In this document: in pieces, positions 42,347 through 57,600 of the stretch
Layout: each line of letters starts with the position of its first letter
Position numbering within the stretch: position 1 is the first letter of the stretch
Assembly: GCA_002104945.1 (NCBI GenBank)
Contig: MCFH01000023.1
Coordinates: forward strand, 620,001 to 684,000
Direction of reading: 5' to 3'
From: Piromyces finnis finn
Taxonomy: Eukaryota; Fungi; Neocallimastigomycota
Length of the DNA stretch: 64,000 nucleotides
Notes under the pieces: model-generated
The model's input: the letters and a program-made list of their open reading frames with translations, nothing else
What the model was told of the DNA's origin: nothing
Database searches by the model: none
Program-made: the position numbers and the translations under genes

Positions 42347-44493
42347 ATGACAAAAGTACAGTTCGTATAAGAGAGAAAGAACTAAACTAATGATCTGGAG
42401 GTTTTTTTTTGTTTGAATCAATATTAATCAATATGATTGGGAATTATTTTATATCCAATCATATTAATACATTGTATACATTTATATATATAAAATTTAT
42501 TTATAAATTCTAATTTTTATATAAACCTTGGATATAATATTCAAATAATTTATGTGTTACACATGATTTAATCAAATTTAAATGATAAAAAATAATTAAT
42601 CTATGTATAAAATATTAGAGAAATATCTAAAGCGCTATTTTTTTCTTTGTGTGAAGTTTAAATTTATAAAATTTAATTCTTATGCATATATTAATTTAAA
42701 AATACATAATCATTAAAAGTTTCAGTTGATATATATCCTTTCACTACTTATATTTTTTATTAACAACTACAATATATATCTTTATTAATAGTTATTAGGG
42801 AAATATCCTTTTACAAGTTTTTTTTGTTTAAAGTAATTTTGATATATCTTATACATATATGAACGAAACATTAAATAATAAATGAATATATGTAAATTAA
42901 TATTTAGTTTTAAATTAATAAGTTTTTTTTTTTTTTTTTAATGTATATGTTTTTATATCAAGTTTATTTTAAACTATATAAAATGCCTTTTATTAAAAGT
43001 TTTTTTAAAGTTAAGAGTCAATTTTTTTTTTTTTTTAAATTAATAATTATGCATTTATGTATTATAATTTGTTAATTATATTAAATTTTATGTTAATAAT
43101 ATTCACTACATATTAATCATTAATTAGGTAAATTTATAAATATTTGAATAATATTATTTTTAAAGTTGAATAAGTAGTAATTATAATTTTATTTATTAAT
43201 TATTTTAATTTGTTAAACCTTTTTCTTTATTTATATTTTTATTAGTAAATTATATTTATATATCGAAAAACCAGCATAATTTCAAATTAATGATACTCAA
43301 AATTTTCTTTTTATGTTTTTAAAGTTTTTTAAATTTGAAATTAAATTATAACTGTTTAATAAAATATTTATATTAATAGATAAACTTTAAAATACTTTCA
43401 AATACTATATTATACTTGAAATATATAAAAAACTTAATATATTTGATCAGATCTTTTTTCAATCATGATTTAAGCTTTTCAATAACTAACTTTATATGAA
43501 TAGATGAATAGATGTCATATATAATATAAAATGCGCTGAAAATAAAAATATAAAGTTTTAATGGTAAATTAAAGTTTTTTTTTTTTTTTTTTTATATTTC
43601 GATAATTATAAAATGTTATATATTATTGATAATGATGGAAAAATGAATATTTAGTATTTTTAATTATTTTCATTTTTTACTGAATTTTTGAATTTTTATG
43701 CTACAAGAAAAAATAAAAAAAGTCTTTTAATGATTTTATATGCTTTTATTTTATTTTTATTTTATTATATATATATTGATTTTATATAACATTTTTTGAT
43801 AATAATAACATTAAATATAATTACTGTTTTTTTTTTTTTTTTTTTTTTTTAAATAATATTATGAAGGATTGAAGTTTAATGATGGTGATTGAACAATAAT
43901 TTTTTATTTTTAATTTAATCCTTAATTAAAAAAAAATAAATTAAAATATAATTGTTAAGGTATAATTTTGGGTTGTATTTTATCTCAAACTATTAAAAGG
44001 AAAAAAAAAAGTATAATCGGCGGTAATTATTCATTTTTTTAACAAAATATTAAATAATTAAATGCAAAAAAGTAAAATTTGTTTGAATGTAGACATACCT
44101 TTTATTTACAGCATATTTAGTTCTGTATTTATAATGTATAAATGGTAAAATCTATAAATTAGTTTTTTTCTCATAAATCTATTATTCCTTTTATATATAA
44201 ATTAAAATTTTAAAAATAATAATGAAACCAAATCTATATATTTTTTAATATGTACTTTTTAGGTAAATTTATTTTAATTAAAAAGAAAAATTTTCAACTT
44301 TATTTTTAAATATTATGTAGTAAGTATTTTTATAATACATTACATACATTACCTACATCTTTTAATACTTTTATTTTAATTTTATTTTTAGGATTAATGT
44401 TATTATTTTACTTTACATACTTCATAAAATTAAATAAATATATTTCTTTAAGCTTTAATATTCCCCTATTTTTATTATTTAGTTTTAATTAAG

Positions 44494-44647
<154 letters not shown>

Positions 44648-45384
44648 GATATTTAATATATATAATATTGACTTTTCAATAGTTGTTAAAGCAAATCAAG
44701 TGTGTAGATAAGTATATAAATGAGAGCCAATTTATATTTATATTATTATTGATAATATAATAATATAAAAGTATTAAGTATATTTAAAAGCTATATAAAA
44801 TAAAAAATAGTTATAATAACATATTATATAATAACGATATTATTTTTATAAATACATTTATTAATTAAAAAAATTAATAATGAAATTTTAAATTTATAAA
44901 ATAAAATTATTTAATTTTAAGTATGACTATTTCAAAGTCATATTTATTATTAATTATAATAACTTTTTACAAGTTTATAACAAAAAAAGCTAAAATAAAA
45001 TATTAAAATAGTGTTTAAAATATTATTATAAAAAGCTATATTGGTACTAATATTTTATTATTAATTAAAAAATTTTTAAATTATAATAATTAATTAAAAT
45101 TATAAAAAAGCTTTTTTTTTTTTTTATATTAATATTGATTTAATATTTTTTAAGTTAAATTAGTATTAAATATAATAAAAAGATAAAAATAACATATAGG
45201 TAAATATAAGGAAAATTAATAAGTGTATAATAAATGATTAATAAAATAATAATTATAATTATAATAATTATAATTTCAAATAAATAAAATTAATAAAAAA
45301 ATAAAATTTTTTTATTATTTATTTAAAATAACAATTATACTATAAAAAATTTAATTGCTTATTTATTTAAAATTTTTATTTTTA

Positions 45385-45431
<47 letters not shown>

Positions 45432-46281
45432 CATTATTATTAATTAAAAAAAAAATAAGATTTAATCTTTTAAAGTAATTATAGCAAAATCAAAAAAAAA
45501 AAAAAAAAAAAAAAAATAAAATAAAATAAAAAAAAATACACTTTTTAATATATTATATTAATTTTTTTTCTTAAATTTTTAATTATAATAATATAATAAT
45601 TATATTATTGATGATATATTGACTATTTATTTAATTTTTTATATAAAATTAATATTATGAAAAAATTAATAAAAAGATTGAACATATTAAATTTTATTAT
45701 AATATTTTAAAAATTTCTTTGAAATATTAAATATTATATTTCGTCTTTTTTTTTTTTTTTTTCTTTTCTTCATTTATTTTCAAAAGGATAACAATTTTTG
45801 TAATAATTATAAAATATAATATAATTTAAAAGTATATATATTAAAAATAATATACAAAGAAATGAAATAATATTAAAGATTTTGTATAAATATGAATTTT
45901 GTATATAAAATTGAAAAAAAATTTAATAGGAAAAATATATTCACAAACCAGGAAAAAAACAATAAATTATATTTTTCAAATAAAGAATTTTTTATTGTAA
46001 ATAATATTATTTATATTTTCATTTTATTTATTATATATATTTAAGAAACAACATAAATACATTTTAAAACATTACAATTCAACTTATATAATTTCATATA
46101 TATCCACAATTCAAAAATAAGCAAACAATAACCAAAAAAAAAAAAAAAAACTGAATAAATTATAATTTATTCTTTAAATTATTAATATAATAGTATATCT
46201 AAAAAAGATATATTTTATTTTTGTTACTCTTATTTATATAATAAGAAAAATATTTAAAAAGTTTTTAGAAGTAAATTTTTA

Positions 46282-46334
46282 TTTGCGAAAAGTAAATAAT
46301 TTTTATCATTTTTTTTATTTGCTTCTCGCGCAAA
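46282..46334. promoter_or_regulatory. Candidate E2F/SBF-like cell-cycle elements upstream of the cyclin
   Basis: TTTGCGAAAA (46282-46291) and TTCTCGCGCAAA (46323-46334), 120-170 bp before the ATG, in an otherwise CG-poor promoter. Confidence 0.35.
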
Positions 46335-46454
46335 TATATATAATATTTTTTTTAAAAGAAAACAAGAAAGCATAAAAAGTAAAATTTCATACCATACTTA
46401 TTTATCATAGAAAACAAATCATATATTATAATACTATATATAAAAATAATAACA

Positions 46455-49075
46455 ATGGCATACCAAAGAAATATGTACGCATGTAACGATTTTACAAATA
46501 CAACAGCAAGCCAAAATCAAATATCATATCTTAATCCTCAACCAAAAGGAAATGAATATACCAATATACCAAATCAATATTCTTCTTCTTGTCCACAATT
46601 AAATATAAATTACCAACAGCAAAACTTATGTATCAACTCAAATCCACAACTACAGAAACAACAATTACATTATAAGCAACCAAATGCATATAATAGTTTA
46701 AATAGAACAGGTCAATCATATGTTATTTCCAATAAAATAACGCCTTCTTCAACAACAACTTTTCCAATTTTATCTATGTCAAATCAATCTTCTTTTGGAC
46801 CAGCTAGAAGACAACAAATACCCCCACAATCAAATATTCATTCAAATAATGGATTTTCAACCATTACTCCTTCACCAGATCAAAATACAATGTTAACCTT
46901 ACCTATATATAATTCATCAAATAATCCTTCTAATAGTAATGATATGATGATGACTTCAGCGTCTCTTGTTCATAATATGGGTTGTGCTATAGATCCTCAA
47001 TCTCAACATTATGTTCAAAAGCAAATTCCACCAACTCAATTACATAAAAAGTCAAAAGGTCATCCTCAATCATCACATCATCCAGCTCAAATACAACAAC
47101 ATAAACATCAACAACAGCAAACTTGGGGTCCATTTATTGTTGATGATGATAATGAATTAATTAATGTTGACGAGTATGCTGAGGACATTATAGAATATTT
47201 AAAAAGTCAAGAGGTATAATATCAAGCGTTTTTAAAGTTTCATGTTTTAAGTTTTAAAACACCATAAGAAAATTTATATATATGTTATATAAATGAAATG
47301 AAATAAACATTTTTTTGATATATAAAATATATTTTTATATTCATATTTTTTAAAAATAAATATAGTTATGTACTATGCCTGAAGCAAATTATATGGCCTA
47401 TCAAAACGAAATTACAAATGATATGCGTCGTATTTTAATTGAATGGTTAATTGAAGTACATGGTGAATATGATTTAAAGCCAGAAACTCTTTATTTAACC
47501 ATTAATTTAATAGATAGATACCTTTCAAAAAGAATTGTTCCAAAATCAGATTTTCAATTATTAGGTGTTACTAGTTTGTGGGTAGCAGCTAAATATGAGG
47601 AAGCTCATGGAAAGATACCATCCTTAAACCAAATGAAATTTATATGCTGTAAATATTACGAAGAACCAGAATTTATTCAAATGGAAATGCGTTTATTAGA
47701 AGAAATGAATTTCTCAATTGGTCACCCTACTCCAGAAGCTTTCTTAAAATTACAACTTCTTTTAGCAAATTATGAACGTACTGTTAGACCAGCAATTAAA
47801 TATTTAGCTAGATATATTATGGAGACATCCTTAATTGATTATAACTTTATAAGATTTACTCCATCTATTATATCTCAATCAAGTTTGATATTGGCAGTAA
47901 ATATACTAAATCAAAAATCATGGGTAAGAAATTAAATATTAACTATTTTTAAGCGAAAATTAGTTTAAATACCAAAATATAATAATAAATTATAAACTTT
48001 TTTTTTATTTATCAAATTTAATTATTAATAGACATATGTTAATGATGAATTATGGGAATGCATAAGAGCTTTAGTAGAAAAAATGATTGACCCACCAAAA
48101 AGTATATATACTAAATACTCAACAAATAAATACATGAGAACTAGTGTAATAGCGAAACAATTAATTATGGGGTAAATATCATTAATTTATATAGATTATT
48201 TTTAAAAAATGATTAAAAATAAATTATTTTATTAATTTATATGTAATATATATATATTTTACTGTTTAATTAATAACAGCAATCCTAAATTTAAGAATTT
48301 AACCCAAAATTTTGATTCTAATTCATTGTCATCTATGCCATTCTCAACGACCTCAATTCAAATTTTGACCACAACATCAAATTCTATACCAGTATCTGAA
48401 AATTCAGATCAAAAAAGCAATAAAAGCAATAAACCATTAACTACTACTTTTACTATAATAACAACATCAACTACTTCTCCACGTGACAGTATGGTTACTG
48501 ATATGGATCAATATGAGAATGAATATGTTTCAAATAATTCAATGCCAACTCCACCAAAAGAAACAGTTTTACCAACACCATCTATGATTGTAAATAATGC
48601 TTCTATACCAACATCTAATCAAGCTATACCATATACTTCTTCATATAATTCAATAAATAATAACCAATGGATAAATTCAGTAAATAATATGATAAATTTA
48701 GGAAATGCTAATGGTATAAATGCCATTAATCCAATGAATACCATCAATAACATGAACGGAATCAGTACTATGAATAATATAAATAATATGAATCATAGGA
48801 ATCAAAGAAATAATTTGGGTAGAATGGGTATTATGAACACAATGAGAAATGTAAATATGTTACCTGATGGCAAATGCCCAAATAATGATACCTTAATGGA
48901 TGATATTAAAAAAATTAATATCATGAATATGAATAGAATGAATTCTAAAAACATGAATATAGATATATCTGATATTAATTTAAAGCAATACCAAGGAAAA
49001 CCTACTGGAAAAATATATACAATGATGAATAATAATATAAATAATAAGATAAATAACTTTAATTCAAATGTTTAA
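46455..49075 (+). CDS. Cyclin (A/B-type cyclin box) with low-complexity N- and C-terminal extensions; 4 exons (46455-47213, 47366-47923, 48032-48171, 48280-49075)
   Basis: EYAEDIIEYL...MRRILIEWLIEVHGEYDLKPETLYLTINLIDRYLS...QLLGVTSLWVAAKYEE. Junctions keep frame. Confidence 0.92.
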
Positions 49076-49140
49076 CCGTACAAATAAATTTAATATCAAT
49101 TTAGGACTATAAATCGCAAAAATTAAATAATAATTCAAAC

Positions 49141-49173
<33 letters not shown>

Positions 49174-49926
49174 CACCAACTCCAAAAATCATAATTACCC
49201 ATAACTAAAAAAAAAAAAGATAATTTTAGAAAAAAATATAATAAATGTAATTTTTTTTTATTTTTTTTCTTTTTTAGTTAAAATTTTGTTAATACTCTTT
49301 TTTTTTTTTTTTTTTTTTTCATTATATAATTTATTAATTTTTTTAATTTATTTTTTTTTTAAATTATTTGCATTTTTTAATTATTTTATTTTTTTTCCCT
49401 TTACTCAAAAAACATTTTAATCATTTTATATATTGTTTTATATTAAATATATTATACCTTTTTTATTTATTTATTTTTTTTATTTTAAAGTCTTTCAAAA
49501 CTTTTATATTACGGGAATATAAAAAATAATAATAAATGTAATCAACAGCTTTTTATTTCAATAAAAAAAATAATCAAATATTTATTATAATATATTAATA
49601 TTAAAATTCAGAGTGTTACATAAATTCAAATTATATTAAATTTATTATAAATTGATAATATATTGATTGATGGTTTGAAATAGTTTGTGTATTTTCTTTT
49701 CAGAAAAAATAAATTCGATAGAAAATGAAAATGAGAAATCTAAAAACAAAATAATAAAATAATAAAAGTAATAAATATTTAAAAACAGGAACAACAATAT
49801 ACATATATATATAAAACAAATATAAAATTATAAATACACTGATAAAATAAAATAAAGTAAAATAAAATAAATGATATTATTCTAAGGAATATTAAAAGTT
49901 TATTATTAAAATTTTATTATATATAA

Positions 49927-49973
<47 letters not shown>

Positions 49974-49974
49974 A
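49927..49974. repeat. (TAAA)n tetranucleotide repeat, about 12 units
   Basis: Direct inspection. Confidence 0.9.
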
Positions 49975-50160
49975 TTAAGCATTTGATAAATCTATTCTAT
50001 ATCCTATTATCACTATTGTCATATATTCAGATAAAGAAATAAATTATTATTTATTATTCTTTCTACAATTTAAACAATAAAATTAGATATAAAAAATAAT
50101 ACATTTAATATAATTCGCATTTCATTTATTTTAATATATACATTATAATATATAAATTAC

Positions 50161-50354
50161 ATGGATTCAACACGCTTAAAAGAATTTAATTATTGTCCAA
50201 ATTGTGGAAGAAGATTTCATGATAATGAATCTGCTTGTGCTATCTGTGGAATAAAAAAAATTGTACATAATATATACACGATTAAATTAAATGGATTGAA
50301 ATTCCTTACTAATAAAACATTTTATTCATAATTTCTCATATTTAATTTTATAAT

Positions 50355-50390
<36 letters not shown>

Positions 50391-51999
50391 ACAACAAATA
50401 TTGGTCCAAGAGCAAGATGGCAAAAACTGTTATATATACAGCAATACTATCCTGATAATTATGTCGATGAAACATTTCTTGAAGAATTACAGAGAAATGG
50501 TAAAATGAAAATATATAGATTTAAAATCGGTTTAAATAAAAAAAGTTAACGACAATTATTTATTTAAATTTGTTTGGTATTTAGTTAATGTCCATACATA
50601 TAAATATTGGAATTTAGTCAGAGAATCAACAGTAATTTCACAACATTTTAGTTCTGTTATAATATTTATTGGTATTTTCATTCATTTATACAATGAAAAT
50701 ATAACTGAAAATTCTTTGTTAATATCAAGTTCAGCCTTATTAATCTTATTGTTTTTGATATGGACAATGAAAATGAAAGATATTGACCCGAGATTTATTG
50801 CTAATAGTAAATATTTATTTTATTTTAAGATTTTGAAATTCATATAGTAAAAAAAAAAAAATCTTTTAATGTCAAATTTTAAAAATTTTATCAATATTAT
50901 ATGTATGTATATAAAATAATGAAGAACCAGGAATGATAAAAACTGGTATATTAATTTTCGCTATGTTATTAGGCTTTTCACCGATATTGAAAACATTGAC
51001 AGAAAAAACAAGTTCAGATACTATATATGCATTAACAGTAATATTTTTTATAGGAAATTTATTTTTACATGATTACAGTGGAAAGATAACAAAAAACATA
51101 AGGTTTGTTGTTGTAATAATTCTTAAGAAAAATTCAAAATAATAAATAAAATTTTTATCATAAATATTTAGAAATACTTTTTTTTTTTTTAAAAAAAAAA
51201 GAGTATCAACCAAATATGAAATTAACTAATTATCATGCTTTTCTTCTTCTTCCTATTTTAGATTCCCAGATTCTTTATCAATTAATTTGGCCATTTTCGC
51301 TTCGGTATTGCTTGCTTCAAGATTAACGTCAAATAAAGGTGTATTTGGATTACTAGCATTTGCAGTAGAGTGGTTTGCATTATTACCATTTTTCTTAAGA
51401 TTTGTAAAAGTAATATATTTTTAAGTAATAAGTTTATAATTATAGAATAATAAAACTACAACTCTACAATTCTAAAACTCAACAATCTAACTATATTATC
51501 TTTTTAATGGATAAATATCATTTTATAATAATATTTTATATATAATATAGAAAGTATCAATTGTATATGATTTAATTAATACTGCAATGTTTATTATAAT
51601 AGTTATTGTACTATTTATACCTATATCAAAAGTAGTTATTTTTACATTTTGTTTTGTAGTATTTTTTGTTAACTTTATTTGCCCGATATGGTTAATCAGT
51701 GTTCAAAAATACAAAAAGTAAGTTGATGAATGAAATTTTTACTTAACCTATAATTTATTATGAGTAGTTTGGACATATTTTTCTAATAATTATAATAAAT
51801 ATAATAACATATTTTTATTTTTAAATTTTTTTCACTATAGCCAAATTAATGGACCATGGGATGAAGCAAAAAGTAAGTTTTGAAATAGAATAAAATTTAT
51901 TATTATTTTTTTTTTTTCCTTTTTTTTTTTTTTTTTTTAATATAATACTAATATTTATTAATGTTTAAATTAATAGTGAAAGTGTTTGTCAAAAATTAA
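50161..51999 (+). CDS. GPI2: GPI-GlcNAc transferase subunit C (PIG-C/Gpi2), multi-exon, with an N-terminal CxxC-x10-CxxC extension
   Basis: RWQKLLYIQQYYPDNYVDETFLEELQRN; LGFSPILKTLTEKTSSDTIYAL; SLSINLAIFASVLLASRL; K...INGPWDEAK. Confidence 0.9.
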
Positions 52000-52291
52000 T
52001 AAATAATTTTATCAAAATTAAACAACTGATGATTGTATTACCAAAGGAAGAAATAAAATTTCAAAAAAAAAAAAAAAAAAAAAAAGAAGATTAAAACTAA
52101 TTAATGTAAAAATATAATAAATAAGTAACGATAAATTTAAATAAATATTTCTTCTTTTATTCGTTCGTTATTTCCGATAGAATAGACATATCTATAATTA
52201 AGTAGCTTAAAAATAATTAATAAAAATAAAGATAATAATAATAAAAAATAATAAAATTTTTATATCATCTTTAAATGTTTATTTATTTTTA

Positions 52292-52562
<271 letters not shown>

Positions 52563-52663
52563 TTGTGTAATATATCAAAATTTTGCTATTAATAGTTTAT
52601 TATAATAACTAGCAGCATTGTCGTTATAATTAATATGTATTAAACATATTTTCATTCATAATG

Positions 52664-53915
52664 TTATGGAAACAATATATTATTATCTATATCGTTATTA
52701 CTGCTATCCATATTGAGAATATTATTATCATTATCGTTATCATCATTATCAATATAACTTTCACTGTTTTTATTTTCATTATAATTTACGATCTCAATAT
52801 TTTTTGGAACATGAGTTAAACAATATAGTAGCCCATTATATTCACAAAATTGCTGTCCTTTCAATAATGAAATATTACATATCTAATATAAATATAAAAT
52901 TAATAATATAATATAATTTAATATTTCTTTATAAATTTATCTATAAGCACTTTTAACAACAATAACAACAACAGTAATAATAATAATTACCGAACATATG
53001 AAACAGTCTTTATGCCAAAGTTTTTTTCTTGCTTTTATATACGACTCATCATTACTAATAAAAGCATTACATCTTGAACAAAAACTATTTGAAATATTCT
53101 TTAAGCAGTCATAACATAAATATGTTGTTTCAATATTATTTAATATTTTTCCATATTTTGTTTCTTGATCTTTACCAAGTATAACTTTTCTTTGGCATAA
53201 TGAACATTTAAAATGATCTTCATGATAAAATTGACGATCGACATATAGACAATTCTTTTTTTTTTTTTTTTTTAAAAAAAACATATTTTAGGTATAATAA
53301 AAAGAGCATTAAATATATAATCTTCAAATATATATAAAAATATATAAACAAGGGTTTATACCTCGGTTTCAATCTTCTTACTACAACCTTTACATGTTCT
53401 ATTTGTTGACTTTGAACATTTTTTACACCAAAAATTATTATCGAAACATAAAAATTCACCTTTAATTTTCTAATAAGTTATAAATTAATGATTTTAAATA
53501 ATTAAATAATATGTTTCTAGTTTCAAAACTTTAAATCATAATATAATTACTTTTTCACAAATTGCACAGACGAAATGTTCCTATGGTATTTAATCAAATT
53601 CAATATATATATATAATATTAAGTAAAAACAAATTTTTTTTATATATTTCTTTTCAAAAAAATATGTAATATAAATATTTATTTTTTTTATTATATAATT
53701 TAAATATTTACAAGATGAAAGTATGAACCACCAATTTTTAATACTCTTTCTGTTTTAATTGGCAATCTACATTTTGTACATTTTAATTCTGGATGATATT
53801 CTTTAACTTTTTTTTTTTAATAAAAAAAATATGAAAAATATTATTAATTTTGAGTTAAAATTTTTTAAAATAAAAAGAAATATGAATATTAACTAATTTC
53901 TTCTTCTTCGTTCAT
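52664..53915 (-). CDS. Multi-LIM-domain protein (about 3 LIM domains; paxillin/Pxl1-like), multi-exon
   Basis: MNEEEEI|IKEYHPELKCTKCRLPI...SYFHL|EHFVCAICEK; CKGCSKKI...FYHEDHFKCSLCQ; CSRCNAFI...LWHKDCFICS|RCNISL...LYCLTH. These are CxxC...HxxCxxCxxC...C patterns. Confidence 0.85.
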
Positions 53916-54613
53916 TCTTACTAATTATACAATAATTAAATGTAATAAGGATTTTTTATTTTTTTTATTTTTTTTTTTAACTGTTAATCTTTATTTATAA
54001 TAAATAAAATTTAAAGTATTTATGGTTTATAAATTTTATTTTGTAAATAAATATTCTAACCTTTTTTTTGAATTTTCTTTTATTAAATTGGTGGTACAAA
54101 ATATCAAAAAAAAAAAAAAAAAAAAGGCTTTATTATTTATATAATTTTACATATAATGATAAACAAGAAAGAAAATTAAAGATAAAAAAAGATAAAGTTT
54201 CTAAAAGTTATTTATCATTACTATGATCAAAAAACTAGAAATAATATTTATGAATTTTAATTGTTTTTTTTTTATATTATAATTTTATATATTATTAAAA
54301 ATTTTTAATTTTATTATTGTTATTATTATCACTTTTCTTTTATGTTACATTAAAATATTAAAATTTTTTTTTAAAAAAAAAAAGAGAAATATATGTTAAA
54401 ATTAATAATTCTTAAAAAATTGAATATTATTAAATAAATAAATAAATAAATAAATAAAAAAAAATCTTAAAAAGGTATATTACTTAATATAAAATTGAAT
54501 AATAAAAAAAAAAAGCTTATATATATTTATGTATATATTACTTTATAGGTATATAGTAAGTGCATTTTGTTATAAAACATTTGTTTAATATTTAACATTT
54601 ATGTATATTTAAA

Positions 54614-57600
54614 TTATTCAAATGATGATTTTGTTCTTTTGTGAGAATAAAGCCATCCAAGCCATAATACTTGTTCATGTTGTCTCCAATATTTAGCAAT
54701 AGAGAAAGTTTGAATTGTACGTTCTCTTAATTGTAAACCTAACTTTCTACGTTTTTCACGAATGTCTTCTTGACACATACGCTTTTCTACAGCTTCAGGT
54801 CCTTTACTTAACAAATCATCTAAACGGACAACAGGTGCATTTGGATCAATTAGTTGCTCTAAACCATCTGACATTGTTAATACTCTTAATTCACCAAGAG
54901 CTAATTGTCTTGCCTTTGCTGGTGGTGCAATAGCACCATATACAACACCAGTAGATAGATCAGAAATAACTTCTCTTGAACCACCAACATCTGTACATAC
55001 AACAGGTAAACCACATAAACCAGCTTCACCTAAAGCTAATGGTAAACCTTCAGTAATTGAAGAATTAACAAACATCCAACCTGCAGGGAGAACATCTGAT
55101 GGACTACCCAAACCTTTTAATATAACTTTTCCTTGTAAATTTAAGGATGAAATAAGATTTTCACTTTCAGCAGCATAAGCAGCATCCTTTTCCTTACTAC
55201 CATAAATATAAAGTTGATAGTTACTTATATGTAGTTGATTAACAATAACATTGGCTGCATAAATAGCATTATGAATATCCTTTACGGGTGAAATATGTGA
55301 AAGCATTACAGCTAATGGAGAACTGTTTTCTAATTCTGGTTTAGGTTTAAATCTTGCAACATTCATACCATTGACAACTGGATATATACGTCTTGAAATA
55401 TCAATCTTTTGTTTATCATCGTTATATTTACCACCACCCAACCATTTTTCCCAATCAACGTTTTGAATACTTGTACATGGATTAACATAATCAGCTTTAA
55501 CAAATACTAATCTACAAACTAATCTAGTAATACCAACTAAACCCATTTGAACAAATCTTGGCATGGCTTCAGAGGAACATAAACCAAATAATCTTTCTCT
55601 CCATAAGATACCATGATCCCATACAATGAGTGTTGATTTATGAATAGCTTTTGAAATAATACCTAAAATAGCTTGAATACCATGGTGAGAAACATGAACA
55701 ACTGGAATTTTTGGTAATGTGGCGGATAATGGTAATAATAAACGAATAAGAAGAGAGAAGAGCATATCAATTTCCTTCAATGTTGGCATTTCTAATAAAA
55801 TTGTATCTTTCTTTTTGTATCTCTTCTTGGAACATTCGATCCATGTAGAAATCCATGTTTGTTGTGTAGCAGCATGGTTCCAACTCTTGACCCAATCACA
55901 TTTTTGGAAGTAAAGATACATATCAACGAATAGTTCTTCATATTCGGTTAATTTATTACTATCTAATTCATCATCAGCAATAGCGTTAATCAATTGGTAT
56001 ACCATTGGAACAAATACAGAATTAATAAGACTATCTTTAGTAGCAAGCTTCTTTCTTCTTAAAGTTCTGAAATCGAGGTTTCTGTAAATATTTTCATCTG
56101 GAGAAGAGAAATCAACATCCCATAATGGCAAGTATGTAATTGAGCTAATGTTTCTTTCAATTTGATAATCACGTTGTACAGCTTCTGCGGAACCAATTTC
56201 AACAAAGGCGGTCCAACGAATTCTAGAAAGATAATCAATCAAATCTCTTCTGCAACTACCTACACCACCACCACCAGTTGGCCATGTACCACTATCTAAG
56301 TTCATGACAGAAAGAATTTCATTATCTTGACGAACAGATTGTCTACCAACTCTTACACCATCACCACCAGTACCAAGGGCATCTAAATCAGAGAATTTGA
56401 TATGTAAATTAGTACGAGTAGTTGGATTATCAGAAACAACTAAAATAACATCAAGAATTTCCTTGAATTCCATTAATGATGCTTGTGCTTCTTCTTTCTT
56501 TCCTCTATCACGAGCCTTCCAATAATTCTTCAATACTGGTTCATCTCTTAACAAATATTCATCAACATCCCTGGCAAATACACCTTCAATCTTATTTGCT
56601 CTCCAATATGTCCATAATTCTTGTCTACCTCTAGTAGTACCAAATGGTGCTGCATAAATATATTTATGACGTCCTTGTCTAGAAAGGAATCCAGTGGTTC
56701 TTGATTTCAAGTCATGAGTTAATAATTCATTATAAACATAGAATGATGATGGTGGTAATCTTGGAAGTAATTTCAATGGATCTTGAGCAACCTCAGTTGG
56801 TGTTGATATTGGAATAGACATACCAGTTTCTTGATTAAGTAATATAGTATTAAGTCTAGTATGTTGTGGGTGAGAATAATCAAATTCTGTAATGTAAACT
56901 TGTTTTTGTTGATCTAATCTTCTGAATTCAACACGTGAGAATTTTGGTGAAGAACCACTTGTTGTATTATCAATTCTCCAACCAGCAGCAAAATATGTAA
57001 CCATTAACCATCTATCTTGTGGACATTGGTATGAAGCATATTTTGGAACAGGGTGAGTTGATGCTGTATCAGATAATTCATAAACATAACTAACATGAAT
57101 ATCAACAATTTTTCCTTCATCATTCTTAATCTTTAAATAAAGCATAGAAGTTAAACTTGCAATATTTGATGCGAATAAACGAGTTTCAATTAACTTTTCA
57201 TTATTCTTCAAATCATTTGAATATGGATCAACCATACCATCAAGTACAAAACCTTGTCTTGGGAAGAATAAAGTACTATCTGGGTATGAATAAACTCTTG
57301 TTTGTGTGACTTCTCCTTTGTTATCTAGGTCAAATTCATGTGTTAATTGATTACTACGAGCGTCGAAATAACCTCTACTAAGTGGTTTATCTTTATCCGT
57401 TGGTCTCCAATTTGGCGGTTTTGGTCCTTTGTATCTTTCAGCAATAATAACATTACCTTCGTGTCTTAAAATACTAACCATAGTATTTAAAGCGGAATTG
57501 AAAGAATCAACACGTTCAAGTTTTCCATCACGACCAAAGAATTGTTCTCTGAATAAACCACGACTCATAGAATTGATTAAAGTAGTAGTTTCATTTTTAT

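Noticed and set aside
42341-42411. Box C/D snoRNA on the plus strand (ATGATGA...CTGGAGG)
   Set aside because: No true CTGA D box. The C-box-like word is simply the reverse complement of the RPS6 start context.
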